64,000 nt of DNA, taken from a virus. Every line of letters begins with the position of its first letter. Position 1 is the stretch's first letter. The notes beneath the pieces are model-generated. The model did no database searches. It had not been told where the DNA came from and was given only the letters and a program-made list of their open reading frames with translations. Location: the IMG/VR virus record IMGVR_UViG_3300020183_000001, positions 18,634 to 82,633 of that record; one strand, 5' to 3'. The translations under genes and the position numbers were made by a program. Of the stretch, positions 62,057-64,000 are shown one piece after another.

Positions 62057-63340
62057 TCACACAGCCACCAGCTCCCTGGGACTTCCTTTACGTTTCTTTG
62101 TTTTCTTACTCTTCTTCTCAAGTGCGACCGGTGAGACAGGACTTGGGGTGTCATCAAACGTCCCTTCCAGTACCTCCTGAAACACTTTGTGGAACTCAGC
62201 AGCGACCGTACCCCACTCAAAGCACACATCCGTAGCCCGCTGGTAGCAGAGATCCCCAACCCTCTTCAACCTTTCACGATCCTGGTACAGACCGTCCAGA
62301 AGCTCTGCCAGGTGGTCATCAGAAGGGCAGGGCATCTCTCGTGCGTAGTTCACGTCCACATCCGTGTGATCGCACCTGATCAGCTCCCCATACCCCTCAA
62401 AGATCTCCTTACAGGACGTATGGTCTGGTACCACCTGAGCCACCCTGCAAGCAGCATGCTCAAAGTTGACAAGTCCCCAACCCTCTCCTTTGCAGGTGTT
62501 GACCCCTACATCACATGCGTTATAGATCTGATTCAGAGTCTCAACTGAGACAGACGGTGGATTAGGTGTTGGTGCAGTCATGATGATCCTTCCGTTTGGA
62601 TCCAGACCCTGCTTACTCATTTCTCTGCCGAACACTTGCATCACATCCCAGCCCTGGTCCTTCATCCCCATATGCAAGTACAACTTTGCCTCTGGTTTAC
62701 CAACGGCAAACTTGGCAAAGCCTGAGATCGTAATATCAATCCTTTTCCTGAACTGATTCCTGTTCCCGTTGAACACAATGAAATCATCAGGCTGAAGATT
62801 GAGTGCTTTACGTGCCTCCTGCTTATCCGTGGGATAAAACTGACCAGACGTAAGTCCATGCGGAATTACACTGATCGGCTTCCGCACACCACCCTTAATA
62901 AATTCGTATGCACCAAATTCTGTATACGAAACAATTGCATCCCAATCGTTAGCAGTATCTGAGATCGCACCAATCCAGTTGTAACTATCCATGGGGCAGT
63001 ACCCCACAAACTTAAATTTCCCAGCCTTGTGCAGATCTTGAATACGCCTGTACTGCTCGTTAACAATCCAGATGTCGTTAATTGTAAAAACAATGTCCGG
63101 GTTTTCGCGCTCCACAATTTCCCTAATCCGATCTTCTCCAAAGGGAGCCTGCTGGAATCGATTGGTTGCTGGATAAATTAAATAGTCTTCTTGCAGTGGA
63201 TGCGGATCTCCATGCCAGTTGCATCCGAGCACCACAATCTCATACTCATCCTTCAGTTTTGCCAATACATTTTCAGTGACACGAGCAAAACCAGTAGTGG
63301 CAATGATGTCACCGATCCAAAGCAATTTGCTTTTTTTCAT
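62057..63340 (-). CDS. GT-B (GT4-like) glycosyltransferase
   Basis: TGFARV, NRNQFRK, EGWGLVNFEHAAC (EX7E motif). Confidence 0.9.
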   Translation of the reverse strand: MKKSKLLWIGDIIATTGFARVTENVLAKLKDEYEIVVLGCNWHGDPHPLQEDYLIYPATNRFQQAPFGEDRIREIVERENPDIVFTINDIWIVNEQYRRIQDLHKAGKFKFVGYCPMDSYNWIGAISDTANDWDAIVSYTEFGAYEFIKGGVRKPISVIPHGLTSGQFYPTDKQEARKALNLQPDDFIVFNGNRNQFRKRIDITISGFAKFAVGKPEAKLYLHMGMKDQGWDVMQVFGREMSKQGLDPNGRIIMTAPTPNPPSVSVETLNQIYNACDVGVNTCKGEGWGLVNFEHAACRVAQVVPDHTSCKEIFEGYGELIRCDHTDVDVNYAREMPCPSDDHLAELLDGLYQDRERLKRVGDLCYQRATDVCFEWGTVAAEFHKVFQEVLEGTFDDTPSPVSPVALEKKSKKTKKRKGSPRELVAV

Positions 63341-63437
63341 TAGGAAAATCGGAACTTATCCGAGTATACCTAACTATTCAAACAAATAAGCAGTGATGGA
63401 TTTTATTTAAATACACCAGATTTAAAATAAAAAAAAG

Positions 63438-64000
63438 ATGACAAGACAAGTGCAGTTAGCCGGTAAATTTGCTGACTTAAAAGAAGAAGCCACTGAAGGC
63501 GTGCTGGGAGGTGTAATGGCAGGAGCGGGAATGCTTGGTACTGACACACCATTACCGCAGGTTGCCATTCAAACACTAAGTGCAATGGCATTGGGCACAG
63601 GAATTGGGATGTTAGGTAAGGGGCTTGGCGCAAGAATTGGTAAAGCAATTCATCCACAAGCGTTAAAAAATCAAGAAGGTGCGTTAGCTAATTTTGGTAG
63701 GCTTACAGGACAAAAAACATTACAAAGTGGCGCCGCTGAAGTGTTGCGTCAAGGTAAAGGACAGATCAAACAAGAATTAAAAAAACAAACTTCAGCTAGT
63801 TTAATGAATGAAGCTTTGCAAAACCCTATTGCTTTTGCAGGCAAATATGGAGTAGAAGCAGAAACTTTTAAAAAGTACCATGCTCAAGTGAGTCAAGCAG
63901 GCCAGGGAATGGCGGCCTTAGAAACCCTGGAAAATTTGACTCCTGAAATGCGTAGTCAGGTTGCAGCAAAAGCAAATCAAATGATGAACCAAGGTTTTAA
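63438..64000 (+). CDS. Gly/Ala-rich probable virion protein (partial)
   Basis: ATG 63438 after TAAAAT; open to the window edge. Confidence 0.65.
   Translation, partial: MTRQVQLAGKFADLKEEATEGVLGGVMAGAGMLGTDTPLPQVAIQTLSAMALGTGIGMLGKGLGARIGKAIHPQALKNQEGALANFGRLTGQKTLQSGAAEVLRQGKGQIKQELKKQTSASLMNEALQNPIAFAGKYGVEAETFKKYHAQVSQAGQGMAALETLENLTPEMRSQVAAKANQMMNQGF

Noticed and set aside
1-64000. Stop-codon reassignment or Z-base (PurZ) / 7-deazaguanine pathway
   Set aside because: Standard code gives dense full-length genes ending in all three stops; no purZ, queC/D/E or dpdA-like genes recognised

Overview
A 64-kb stretch of a tailed dsDNA phage (Caudoviricetes). The host is most likely a cyanobacterium, based on an NblA-like gene, cyanobacterial-type TTTTCCACA DnaA boxes and a cyanobacterial-type integrase motif. 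Two arms diverge at about 17.6-18.1 kb. The left arm (minus strand, 1-17.6 kb) is an early/replication region: two-OB-fold SSB, T7-like family A DNA polymerase, Gp88-like protein, ThyX, tRNA-Leu(UAA), PcfJ-domain protein, HNH, a second SSB and many small ORFs. The right arm (mostly plus strand) holds probable internal virion proteins, TerL, portal, scaffold, major capsid, head/tail proteins, lysozyme, NblA-like protein, dCTP deaminase, two tail fibres, a tyrosine recombinase, endolysin and a GT4 glycosyltransferase. The most unusual signal is non-coding: many gene junctions of the early arm carry repeated compact RNA structures from at least five families. These are two H-type pseudoknot families (one with covariation), a hairpin with an invariant UAAGU bulge, a possible two-state switch just after stop codons, and a double hairpin with a T-loop-like loop. 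Other notable items are a 605-nt portal/scaffold dual-coding overlap, an ~83-bp inverted-repeat element, a candidate ~200-nt structured RNA, three catalytically degenerate DNA enzymes, and a recombinase inside the tail-fibre locus. All assignments come from reading the sequence; no database searches were run.
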